From assembly GCA_001687465.1 (NCBI GenBank), contig LVLI01000124.1, positions 1 through 40,760 of the forward strand: a stretch of 40,760 nt of DNA. The letters are read 5' to 3'. Position 1 is the stretch's first letter. Each line of letters starts with the position of its first letter. The notes under the pieces are model-generated. The model worked only from the letters and a program-made list of their open reading frames with translations. It made no database searches and had not been told where the DNA came from. This DNA comes from Halocafeteria seosinensis (taxonomy: Eukaryota). A program made the translations under genes and the position numbers. This document shows positions 1 through 10,241 of the stretch, in pieces.

Positions 1-1805
1 GTCTAGAACATCCTGAGTTGCACTATTTCCAATTTGGGTGCCAGACGGACGAGGACTTAAGACAAGGGGGAGATACGCTACCTTCATCAACTCGCTATTT
101 CACATGCCTACTCTTTCCGCAGCCTATTTGCCTAGATTGGAGGAGCATTACGAGACACCTGGAAGACGCTAATGCCGGAGAAGGAGCCAAAGCCTACGAG
201 CTTGTCGCCGCTGTTCGGGAGTTGCTATCTCCAGCGAGTACAACCCATTATGCTGTATCATGGAAGTGTTTAAGCGTAATCTCTAGGTACCCGTTCCTTG
301 GTTTATTTGAACGAATTTTGGCTGTAGTGTACAATGTCTTCATTTTTCCTCAAATTGAGGAAGAGCTGGAAAACATAGCGCGAGTGGCAGTTCGAAGCCT
401 AAATTTAACTTCGCACGATTCATATCAGTGTTTTTCGCCGGCAGTACAGACTGGAGACTCCCCGATTGGAACTGTCGCTCCTTTGAAAGACATTTTGAAG
501 GAAGGTTTTATGCTTCAGCGCAGTTCCTCCTCTGGAACATTCTCCGAGTCATCTAATGGGAGGAAGCGGTTGTTTTCGGAGCCCCTGAGACGGTTAAGAG
601 ACCTCAAACCATGGAGGAAACATGGGAAGAATAAGATCCGTCAGCAAACTCGGAATAATTCTCTAAGTTTTGACGATACTCCTAATGAATCCGTTCGTAT
701 TGAAAACGGTTCGGATGAGGACGGTGCTTTTGTTCGGGCTCCGTCAAAGAATGTCGTTCAGACTCTTGCAAGCGTGTGGCCCAAGTTAGAACAGCAAATT
801 GAGTGCGTCATCGATTTCAGAGCGTTAACCGCCTGGCTGGAAAGGAAAGTATTTCCTCTTCATCCTCCTTCTCCATCGTGCACTGTTCGTATAGAGCTTG
901 ATACCGGCTCCGACGAAACTCGGGATTTTATCTCTTGGACTCGTCCCGGGTATCCCCAGGAATACGACGAGCGGTTGCTTGAAATAACTAGCGCATGTCG
1001 TTACCCTGCTGTTCGTGATCTATGCCGTCGCTTGGCTCAAGATCACCGTCGTATTTCGGACGATGTTGGCCTTCCGCTAGGTTCCGAGGAATCCAATGAG
1101 CTGATCCAGGAGCATGCCCTTCCACATGTCTTGGAGACAATTCCTGTACACACACTTGTTGCACTTATTGGATCTCTACTAGTGGACGACAAAGTCATCA
1201 TTACAGGCCAAAATCTAATTGGTCGCTCCACTGCGCGAAGAGGTTTTGTCCGTCACCTGAAGCAGCACAACTCCTTTCGTCCTCGTACAAAACCCAAAGC
1301 AAGCGAATATCGTGTCCCTCGTTCGTGGATGCAAGATCGCTATACATTGTCTTTGACCGTGCTTTTTTTACGGTCAATAATCTCTCCGCTCCAATGGGTG
1401 CACCCGGTGCTTCCTATAATTCCTGTAAAATTAATGTCATTACTGGCTTCCCCTGTGCCGATCCTAGCCGGTGTGGATTACACCGATGAGGAGGATATGC
1501 CAACGGAGCGGAGCTTGATATACAGCCTTCACGATGGGTCTCTCTATCGACCAAGTACATCAGGTGGAGGCCATTCCCCGGCGCTGGAGGAAGAACATTT
1601 GGGACCGCAATTACCCAATGCCAGCATGCTGCATCATGAATTGTCTCGTATCGCATCGCTATTGAGGTCAAACCCTCGAAACGCTGATTGTGGCGACATC
1701 GCGTTCCGAAGTCATGACTTTTGTTTATGTGCCAAAGAACACATATTTTGTTTGCTAGTGGAGATATGGGAAGTAGAACATGACTCCAGCAGCAATCAAT
1801 TTTGA
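1..1805 (+). CDS. DENN-domain protein (Rab GEF family); starts upstream of the window and appears cut at its 3' end by the AT-rich island
   Basis: ORF 18-1805 has uDENN-like 'KCLSVISRYPFLGLFERIL' and core DENN motifs 'LVALIGSLLVDDKVII' and 'ISPLQWVHPVLPIIPVKLMSLLASPVPILAGV'. No dDENN module follows, and composition turns AT-rich at about 1790. Confidence 0.8.
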   Translation, partial: LEHPELHYFQFGCQTDEDLRQGGDTLPSSTRYFTCLLFPQPICLDWRSITRHLEDANAGEGAKAYELVAAVRELLSPASTTHYAVSWKCLSVISRYPFLGLFERILAVVYNVFIFPQIEEELENIARVAVRSLNLTSHDSYQCFSPAVQTGDSPIGTVAPLKDILKEGFMLQRSSSSGTFSESSNGRKRLFSEPLRRLRDLKPWRKHGKNKIRQQTRNNSLSFDDTPNESVRIENGSDEDGAFVRAPSKNVVQTLASVWPKLEQQIECVIDFRALTAWLERKVFPLHPPSPSCTVRIELDTGSDETRDFISWTRPGYPQEYDERLLEITSACRYPAVRDLCRRLAQDHRRISDDVGLPLGSEESNELIQEHALPHVLETIPVHTLVALIGSLLVDDKVIITGQNLIGRSTARRGFVRHLKQHNSFRPRTKPKASEYRVPRSWMQDRYTLSLTVLFLRSIISPLQWVHPVLPIIPVKLMSLLASPVPILAGVDYTDEEDMPTERSLIYSLHDGSLYRPSTSGGGHSPALEEEHLGPQLPNASMLHHELSRIASLLRSNPRNADCGDIAFRSHDFCLCAKEHIFCLLVEIWEVEHDSSSNQF

Positions 1806-2730
1806 AGATGATGAAAATAATGAAACTCTACGAGATTTAACAGATACTCAACCATTTAGTAATGTTAAAGGAACTTATATTAACATTTTAGAAGGTTTAA
1901 GCGAAATACGAAATAACGTCCAAGTAGGCGCCGAAAGCTTAAGCTTATTGAAACCTGAGCGCTTAACCAATATTCTAAATAATTTACTACAAATAGGAGT
2001 AGAGTTAAATAAAGAACAACTTATCAAAATACGTAGTTTGTTAAAACCAATCTTAACAACTAATCCCAAACGTATTCCTGGAAACCGTGTTAAATTTACT
2101 ACCATTCTTTTAATGTATGCGCTTAATCTTTTCTTAATCAAAACTGTTTTAACCAAAGATAATGAGAGACGGAAGAGTGCTTTAGATGAAATCTTCCAAG
2201 TTTTATTAGAGAAAACCCCCCAACAAATAGGCGATACTATTATTAAAGATTTTAGAGGCGCCCATAATATTAGTGATGAGGAATTGATTAAAATTACAAA
2301 TAATATAGGAAAGAGTGATGGTAAACCCCAAGGAAGGCCCCCGAAAACTAACGCTACAGAAACGGATGAACTACCAGAACAAAACCAAGAAGAAAATGAG
2401 CAGGAACTAACCGAAGACGAATTGAATAAAAAATCCAAAAAACAACTCCAAGATATAGCTAGAAATTTAAGAGTAGATGATAAAGGAAATAAACGCAATA
2501 TATTAAACCGAATACTAGAAAAAACCCGTAATGAAGTATTCACACCAGCCAAAGCATCCCCCCCAACAACAAGAGGAAGAAGCCAACAACAACAAGACGA
2601 TAATATAGAAGAAGAAGATGATGAAGTAGAAGACAGTGATGATGGAGGAGATAATAGTGGAGCTGCTGCGGGAGGCGCTTTTACTAATTATAAATCTAAT
2701 CTTCATTCTATTTTACATCATTTATTATAA
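1780..2730 (+). CDS. AT-rich hypothetical DNA-binding protein (AT-hook-like motif, SAP/HeH-like motif, acidic tail), probably 5'-truncated
   Basis: 316-aa ORF with 'GRPPK', SAP-like 'LNKKSKKQLQDIARNLRVDDKGNKRNILNRILE', a D/E-rich stretch and a near-terminal 'AAAGGAF'. Strongly A/T-ending codons, unlike the flanking host genes. Confidence 0.65.
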   Translation: MTPAAINFEDDENNETLRDLTDTQPFSNVKGTYINILEGLSEIRNNVQVGAESLSLLKPERLTNILNNLLQIGVELNKEQLIKIRSLLKPILTTNPKRIPGNRVKFTTILLMYALNLFLIKTVLTKDNERRKSALDEIFQVLLEKTPQQIGDTIIKDFRGAHNISDEELIKITNNIGKSDGKPQGRPPKTNATETDELPEQNQEENEQELTEDELNKKSKKQLQDIARNLRVDDKGNKRNILNRILEKTRNEVFTPAKASPPTTRGRSQQQQDDNIEEEDDEVEDSDDGGDNSGAAAGGAFTNYKSNLHSILHHLL

Positions 2731-3524
2731 TTCCTTATTTTTTGTTTCTTTCAAAAAATAATGTTTTCCTAACACTCTTCTTCTTATCTTATTCTAATAT
2801 CTCTATTATGGTATGGTTCTTATTTTTATCTGTGCCCATTTTAATTTACAATTAACTGTATGTCCAAAATGGGCACACTATCAATTCCATAAAAGTATTA
2901 CTGTATCCTATTTTTAAGTATTGTTTTTTAGTCTTTTATAAATCCCCTTTCTTCTAGAATTTCTTTTTCTAGATTTCCAAGAATTCATTTTTTTTAGATT
3001 TCCTAAAACTCTCATTTCAAACTGTTCCCAAAATGGATATACAATTTACTGGATGTCCAAAATGGGCACACTAAAAATTCCATAAAAGTAATACAGTATC
3101 CTAATTTGTTTTTGTTTTTTATAGTTTTATATAGAATTAAACCAATCAAATTTTATTTTGAAGGTCAACCTTCTTTAGAATTCTAGGTTTAGAACTACTC
3201 TTCTAAAACTCCTTCTCTAAATTTCTTCCTTCCTAAATTTACTATGTCGCTGAACATTTAATTATTAACCGCGTTTAAATTTTATACAAAACATATAGTT
3301 TTTTATTTTCAAATTCTCTTCTTAACAAAAATTCTTTTTTGGATTTTTTTCTTAATTTTCTATTAATAATGAAAACTTAATATATTTATTTAATTTNATT
3401 ATTAAAACTTAATATATTTATCCTATTTTATTAATTAAAACTTCAACTTCAAATTTTATAACGCCCGCGATTTTTTTTTATTAAATTTAATAATTCTTGA
3501 AAATATAAACGTATAGTAATGACT
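1790..3524. mobile_element. AT-rich foreign island, probably a terminal fragment of an endogenous virophage/Polinton-like element
   Basis: Abrupt switch to AT-rich sequence. One intronless ORF is followed by about 790 bp of AT-rich non-coding DNA with internal direct and inverted repeats, ending ...GTAATGACT (3524). No hallmark gene (capsid, pPolB, integrase) is visible. One ambiguous N at 3397. Confidence 0.5.
2831..3103. repeat. Degenerate direct repeat (period about 192 bp) with a 12-bp inverted repeat
   Basis: ATGTCCAAAATGGGCACACTA..AATTCCATAAAAGTA.TAC.GTATCCTA occurs at about 2860 and 3053. TGTGCCCATTTT (2831-2842) is the reverse complement of AAAATGGGCACA (2866-2877). Confidence 0.85.
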
Positions 3525-5554
3525 GGTTTGCTGAAGTACCTCTTCTCGCAGTGCCTGATAACACCCATAGTTTGGAGTCCTGGTTGCAATCGTTGCCGGC
3601 GGAACATAGACAGACGTAATCCCATAGTGGTTGCTCGAGCGGGACGTACGGAAGCCTGGCAATGGGAGTGTTACATTCTCGAAGCAAACAATTCCGGTGG
3701 GTACAGCATGTCAATCTGCAGGCCACTGTGTGACGTTCATCACGAGCTTCCCATTCGGAGCATCCATTCCGAGGTTGGGGAGAAGCTGGACTTGAATGTG
3801 ACGGAGGAAATCCATCCGGAGATTGTGAAGACTTGCTCTCCCCATCGGACGGGCATGTTCATCGTCGGAATTCTACGAGCAATGTTTCTGCGAGAACCCG
3901 CGGGAAATCGCTTACGAGTCCCGCCGGAACTAGCTGCCCTGTTGCTGGCGCAGACTTAGAACGATCCTGAGGACATACTTGGGGTATATGCAAACGTATG
4001 TGATACCCTGAAGACTTCAAAAGTATCAGCCCTCTCACATACATAGAGAAGAAGCGACGAGCGCGCGATGTTCATATCCATATCCACGTCTGCGTCTGTC
4101 ATACGGAGACTGCGCCTTGGTCAGTTGGTTGAACCTCTGCCTCATGTCCCTGGTCCTTGTTCGTCGGAAGTCGGTCGTCAGCGTGTCATTTCTCCTTGCT
4201 CTTGAACTTTTTGTTTTGAGGGATCAGTCAAAGGCGCGAGTGTTTTTCATTTTCTCTGCTTAGCAAGCCAGCTGAGCAAGCTCATCTGATCTTCAGACAG
4301 GCGTAGATCTTCGACAATGTTTTCGGCTGTTTTTGCCGGCTCCCAAGAACATTCCGTATGACCTTCGCACTTGATGGGAACTCGTAGAGTCTTCGCTCTA
4401 TGCCCCGCTTCCCTCCAATGTATGCATGTTCATGGTGCCTTGTCGTTGTCGCCCTTGCAGAGTTATACTTCGCTGCGCCTGGCGTTTGAACATTTGAACT
4501 GGTTCATTCTGTGACATGCTTGGAGGCAAGACCCTAGGCTAAGACCCTGAGTTCCGTACAAGGTCGAGAATGCAACGTCCCATGCTGTTGGCTTCGTTTT
4601 GAGGGCTCTCGTGGTGCACTACACGAACTGACGCAATTTCCTCAGTTTTCGTTAACCTGTACGTTCATTGACTGCGCATCTCCCGGGTGCGAGCATACCT
4701 GCAGGCAGTATAGGTGCTCCACGGATCACATACACATTAAGGTTCAGAAGTACCCTGCGATTTTGGCTTCAATACGCTTTCCTAACCTGAGGATGCGAGT
4801 CTCGCCAGGAACCCACCGAACTTCACACCGCACATAACGAAATATCAATGGCCCCAACCGCGAACGTTGTAGTTTATTAGCACTTTCTCCCAGTTTCTAA
4901 GTACTACAGATCCGTACACTGAATCACACCACCTGCAGGAAAAATTGTAGATCCAAATCGAGGCAATTGCCACGGCTGCGATCGACGAATCGACGGCGAT
5001 ACTCATGGATACTGGGAGGAACTGGTGCTCGGAAGCATATATGAGCTGTGCATTGGTTCTCTAGTCGCTCTTGTGTTCAACAGGAACAGCATGTAGAGTA
5101 TATTTTAAAACTACATACATACATTCATTCTCCTGTAAAGTGTCGTCCTGTTTCCAATGTACAGTGACTTCAACCATTTTCTTCTGTTTCTTACCACACG
5201 TACAAAGTTACAGCACAACCCCACAACTTGCAACTAAATATTATAAATAAGACTATGAGTAAAACAAATCGTTGTCTTGTTTCAAAAACTCGATCCACAA
5301 TCTGCGGCACAAGTGCATTGACCTGGTTTTTGTGGATCCCCCTGGATCCCCGAGTTCCCGTCCCTTGAAGGTGATGATATGTGGTGATCATACGCATGCT
5401 TTTATATATTTTATCGTAAATTTATTACTTATGATGTGCTGTAACCTTTACGACATTTGCGTAAAACGAACGCACTCAAGGGATCGGTCTCTGTTGAGAC
5501 TTCGCAATCCGCTTCAGTGATCAGCTGTCGCATACCATACATATCTTCCTCTGC

Positions 5555-6773
5555 ATAGGCAATTTATATCGAATTTGATAGTATAAAGTGGTCAAATGCG
5601 ATGTGATTAGCAAGGAAATGAAAGGATAGGTTTTGGAAGGAAGCAAAATTATGCAGGGGAGATTGTTACTTTGATTTAGTAGGAGGTTGAGGCGAAGAAG
5701 CTTGGTGACCAGTCTTCTCCGTATCTTTCTCAAGCCAACATAGGCACTGCTATTAGGCAGTTTATATCGAATTTGATAGTATAAAGTGGTCGAATGCGAT
5801 GTAATTAGCAAGGAAATGAAAGGATAGGTCTTGAAAGGAAGTAAAAATATGCAAGGGATATTGTGACTTTGATTAGTAGGAGGTTCAGGCGAAGAAACTT
5901 GGTGATGAGTCTTCTCCGTATCTTTCTCAAGCCAACATAGGCAGTTTATACCGAATTTGATAGTATAAAGTGGTCGAATGCAATGTGATTAGCAAGGAAA
6001 TGAAAGGATAGGTCTTGAAAGGAACCAAAATTATGCAGGGGAGATTGTGACTTTGATTTAGTAGGAGGTTGAGGCAAAGAAGCTTGGTGATGAGTCTTCT
6101 CCGTATCTTTCTCAAGCCAACATAGGCACTGCTATTAGGCAGTTTATATCGAATTTGATAGTATAAAGTGGTCGAATGCAATGTGATTAGCAAGGAAATG
6201 AAAGGATAGGTCTTGAAAGGAAGCAAAATTATGCAGGGGAGATTGTGACTTTGATTTAGTAGGAGGTTCAGGCGAAGAAACTTGGTGATGAGTCTTCTCT
6301 GTATCTTTCTCAAGCCAACATAGGCAGTTTATATCGAATTTGATAGTATAAAGTGGTCGATTGCGATGTGATTAGCAAGAAAATGAAAGGATAGGTCTTG
6401 AAAGGAAGTAAAATTATGCAGGGGAGATTGTGACTTTTATTTAGTAGGAGGTTGAGGCAAAGAAGCTTGGTGATGAGTCTTCTCCGTATCTTTCTCAAGC
6501 CAACATAGGCACTGCTATTAGGCAGTTTATATCGAATTTGATAGTATAAAGTGGTCGAATGCAATGTGATTAGCAAGGAAATGAAAGGATAGGTCTTGAA
6601 AGGAAGCAAAATTATGCAGGGGAGATTGTGACTTTGATTTAGTAGGAGGTTCAGGCGAAGAAACTTGGTGATGAGTCTTCTCTGTATCTTTCTCAAGCCA
6701 ACATAGGCAATTTATATCGAATTTGATAGTATAAAGTGGTCGATTGCGATATGATTACCAAGGAAACGAAAGG
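5555..6773. repeat. Tandem satellite of about 6.3 units alternating 198 and 184-185 bp (383-bp higher-order dimer)
   Basis: Marker TTTATA(T/C)CGAATTTGATAG at 5563, 5761, 5945, 6143, 6328, 6526 and 6711. Long units carry an extra 13 bp (ACTGCTATTAGGC). Confidence 0.97.
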
Positions 6774-7054
6774 AAACGCTTTGCGATGGAGTATAGCTAC
6801 GTTCGATGCCTTCTTTTTTTAATTGCGTGTGGTTCTTCGGCGTGTCATTGAGGTGCAGAACGAGGGACCCCACCAACCATACCCAGTAGCCACTTGTCGT
6901 TGTTTCTCTATCTGAAATGGACAGCCGATATGCACGTTGATGGTTTCTGTGGTTAGATATTGGGGTCAAGGCGATGAACAACGGAGGGTCTTGAAAGTGT
7001 CATTGAGTACAAACGGGGAAACGATTCGGTGGATGGTTTTCGGGGGGCGGTCCT

Positions 7055-7210
7055 TGCAAACTGGCAGAAGAGAATGCCAAATTCGCCGGACACCAGAACT
7101 CCAAGAAGACGATAAAGTACGTCGAAGGATTGAAGAAGAAGAAGAATTTTGAGCTATTGCAAGAAGCGGGTAAGTTAAAGGCGAAACTTAACAATTACCA
7201 GAAGCAGCCA
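7055..7210 (+). pseudogene. Orphan fragment of a kinesin-12 (KIF15)/HMMR-type C-terminal basic leucine-zipper tail
   Basis: The frame of ORF 7130-7312 extended upstream reads CKLAEENAKFAGHQNSKKTIKYVEGLKKKKNFELLQEAGKLKAKL, matching the 'L.GHQN.KQKI....LK.EN..L..E..KL' motif. No motor domain or long coiled coil is seen upstream. Confidence 0.65.
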
Positions 7211-8777
7211 AATCAGGACGAGCACCCGTCCTGGATTAGAGCAATTCATCACGAAACTATATGGCATCTAGCACTTGCATTTAAGAGGGCGTATAAAAGT
7301 GTAACAAGGTAGGTGTACCGTGGGGTATAATCATTTCATGCCAGCGTAAGAGCAATGAGCACACAACTCTTGACCCCCGGTCTGCAGCACAACTTGCTAC
7401 ATGGGAAGAGGTCACATCCGCGCGGCGTTGAATTGCACAGCAGCGGACAGGGAATATTTTCACAGTGGTAGTAGAGGGTTGCTATAGGTCACCTTGTTCA
7501 CGCCCTCGCGCAGCAGGTAGACGAAGTTTCTCCCACTCGGAGCAACACTGATACATATCATCTTTAATCGAAACTAATCTCCTAGACAAAGTTGCAAGTG
7601 GTTATGACACCTGGACTAGGACGGTCCACTTCGTGAATTTCCACTAGGAGAGTACAATTGTACTGCAGTCAAATGCATAACTCTCTCGCTACGAAACAGT
7701 TGCACTGTGGCCATTCTCTGCTGTGTTCGCTTTGGTATATACGTCCTCCTATGATCATGAGAAACGATGGCCTAAGAAAACATGAGAAATTAACAGGGCT
7801 GCCTTAACCCCATACGCGTTAAATGCTTTTAAAAGGACAGGAACAGGCACCGCGACTGGCCAACTATCCACTCACCAGTTGCTTTCAGTTACCTATATCC
7901 CCCAACCCTGCCAAGGAAAAACATGCTGGACCCGCGTCCCGAACCTAACAAATAGAACCGGTAGCCAATCAAGCGGAACCCCTGGACCAGGAAGTCTGGT
8001 AGGCCATCAAGCGGAATCCCGTCCACAGTCTTTCTTACCATCCTGGCACTCGCCCTAGCTCACCATCTTTATAGGCTTTGTTTCCCTCCACTGACGGAAG
8101 GGATGGGGTAGTGAATGCAACATTACTCACTAAGGGTTTGGTTGGAAGGTAAATGTTCACCGTGGCGTCCCGGTTTCTTCTCTCACAATCTCTCTTCATG
8201 CGAATTAAAAGCGTGAAATCACCGCCATCAGCACATCATCGCCAAAGGACCACCTGCGGGGCCATGCTAAACTCTTCGCACGTTTCAGGCACCTAGCGCA
8301 CTGCGCGATTGTACACAATATCTCCTTCTGTACCGTCCCTGTTGTAGGATTACAACTCGACCCCGAAAACCGAAATGTAGTCTGAGTGAGTTTGCCCCGA
8401 GTAGAGGGACGAAACACTATCCCGTCTATGTATGAACAATACTGCAGGTCCGTTGCCAGACATGTTCTCTTACTTGCCTAAATTGTTAAGATGCGGATTC
8501 CTCTACTGTCCACTGAGAACGAAAGCCCACCACACTTGCTAATATAAGGAATCCATCGAGTTGCCAACGCGCCTTCCAGGAGTGGTCCAAAATCATCCCG
8601 CTACCCTCTCATACACGTTCCTGCAACATTTGAACACATCACCAGATGAAACTTCAACAACAATGGAGAGCATCCTCCTTATTCCTACAGATATACATTC
8701 TATCAAACCCTTCATATGTCGGCCCTACTTTTCTCCTTGAAGTCGCATGGATAGGCGCAACCTTCCCGTCCGTGGAA

Positions 8778-8822
8778 TTTCGGGGGGTCGGGAACCTCCC
8801 CCGGAAGCCCCCGAAAAAAAAA
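8778..8822. other. GC-rich hairpin followed by an A-tract, upstream of SPC25
   Basis: TTTCGGGGG (8778-8786) pairs with CCCCCGAAA (8808-8816), with further inner pairing and then an A run. Confidence 0.5.
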
Positions 8823-9004
8823 TCACAATTTGTCCGAAGGAACGTGCTTCCGTGTGACTCCAACTTTTGTTTGTTTGGTATCAAGCCGTTAACGGCGCTT
8901 TGTTTCAAAGCGTTTGGAAGGTTTGATGGCCTAATATGAGATACATGGTGTATAGAATTCCAGTATTTTTTCCTGTGAGCATTGTATACACAAATCCAGT
9001 TTAG

Positions 9005-10200
9005 ATGATGTCATCGCACTCGTTATCGCAATCCGGGGTATCGGGGATTTCGTCCCACCAGAAAACATGGGATCTGGAGGAAGGTCCCGATTTACTCGAA
9101 AATACGCTTGATAAAGCCAAGCAAGAGGTACGTACTCCCTCACATACTCTTTATGTAGATTTCTGTTCGTTCAGTTTCGGAAGAAGGAAAAGTTAATGCA
9201 TTTTTTTGGACGTGAAAATCTGCAGTTGGAGAGCTTCGTCACATTTGAAATGGACCATCTCCAGCAGATTGTGGGACAGCATGAGGAGGAATTGCAGAAT
9301 CTAGAGCGTAAGTTGGCTTCCTTCCCCCTGGGAAGAGGAAGAAAAACAATTAAGCCCATGGTTTGAGAGATACAGAGCAACTGGATGAACTGCGCAATGA
9401 GGAGGAATCGGCAACCAGCCGGGCGGAAGAGCTTAAACGAAGTAAGCGCATGGAACGTGTTACTCTATACATGCATGCACACGATTATCGTGTCTGTCCG
9501 TGTGTATTGCAGAAGTTCGACATGAACAAGACATAATTTCAAGAAAACAGAACGAGTTAAACTCACTCAAAGTAAGCCCAGAACAAAGTTAGACTCAATT
9601 TCACGCGCGCCTACGATGACGTTGTCTATTACTGGCAGGCTGAAGCAGCGAAAGCTCCCGCAGAGGCATCCAGTGCAAAAGATAATGCTGCAGCCATGGA
9701 ATCTCAACTCAGAGAAGCTGAAGAAGGTAAGGACTCTGCAAACGACCTTGTCAAAAAGTCACACTGCACTCTGGTAACTCTGCAGAACTGCAAAGTCAGC
9801 GCAAATCTTCGGAATATGCCCTCCAAGAACTCACTAAAGGCGTCAGTTTTTACAAAAGACTCGGATTAACCTTCGACCGAGAGGAGAACGAGCGCCTACG
9901 TATAAAGTTCACTCAAATCGATCCAGCAGCACCTCAGAAAGAATTCTCGTTCGCGGTACATGTCTCAGATGACGACCAATACGAAGGTAAGCTTCACTTT
10001 CTAAGCGGTATCCAAGGGCCGCTGCTTGCTCATGCCTGCCCTATTCTTATGTGCTTATTACAGTGACGGCCTGTAATCCATCATCCCTGGGCGAAAACCC
10101 CAGCGTTGATGAATTAGTGTATCAACTCAACCAGACGAACAACTTTTCGAAGTTCATTCGCGAGATGAGAAAAAAATTCAAACAACTTGTTGGCCAGTAA
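9005..10200 (+). CDS. SPC25: Kinetochore protein Spc25 (Ndc80 complex), 7 exons
   Basis: Exons 9005-9127, 9175-9307, 9376-9441, 9513-9571, 9639-9726, 9786-9986 and 10064-10200 splice in frame through GT-AG introns (an in-frame alternative acceptor for exon 2 is possible). Coiled-coil N-terminus, then RWD domain 'YKRLGLTFDREENERLRIKFTQIDPAAPQKEFSFAVHV...YEVTACNP...LNQTNNFSKFIREMRKKF'. Confidence 0.92.
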
Positions 10201-10241
10201 CAAGCACAAATTTCTTCGCAACACTAATATACACGGGAGAA

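Noticed and set aside
3525..5520. Short ORFs right of the AT-rich island as the continuation of the DENN gene or a transposase
   Set aside because: No dDENN or DDE motif was recognised in the frames examined, and stops are frequent.
5521..6696. Repeated 96-128 aa minus-strand ORFs
   Set aside because: By-products of the satellite. The 383-bp period is not a multiple of 3 and no protein motif is recognisable.
9128..9158. A 31-nt first intron for SPC25 using the TAG at 9156-9158
   Set aside because: Leads to an in-frame TGA; the CAG at 9172-9174 keeps the frame.
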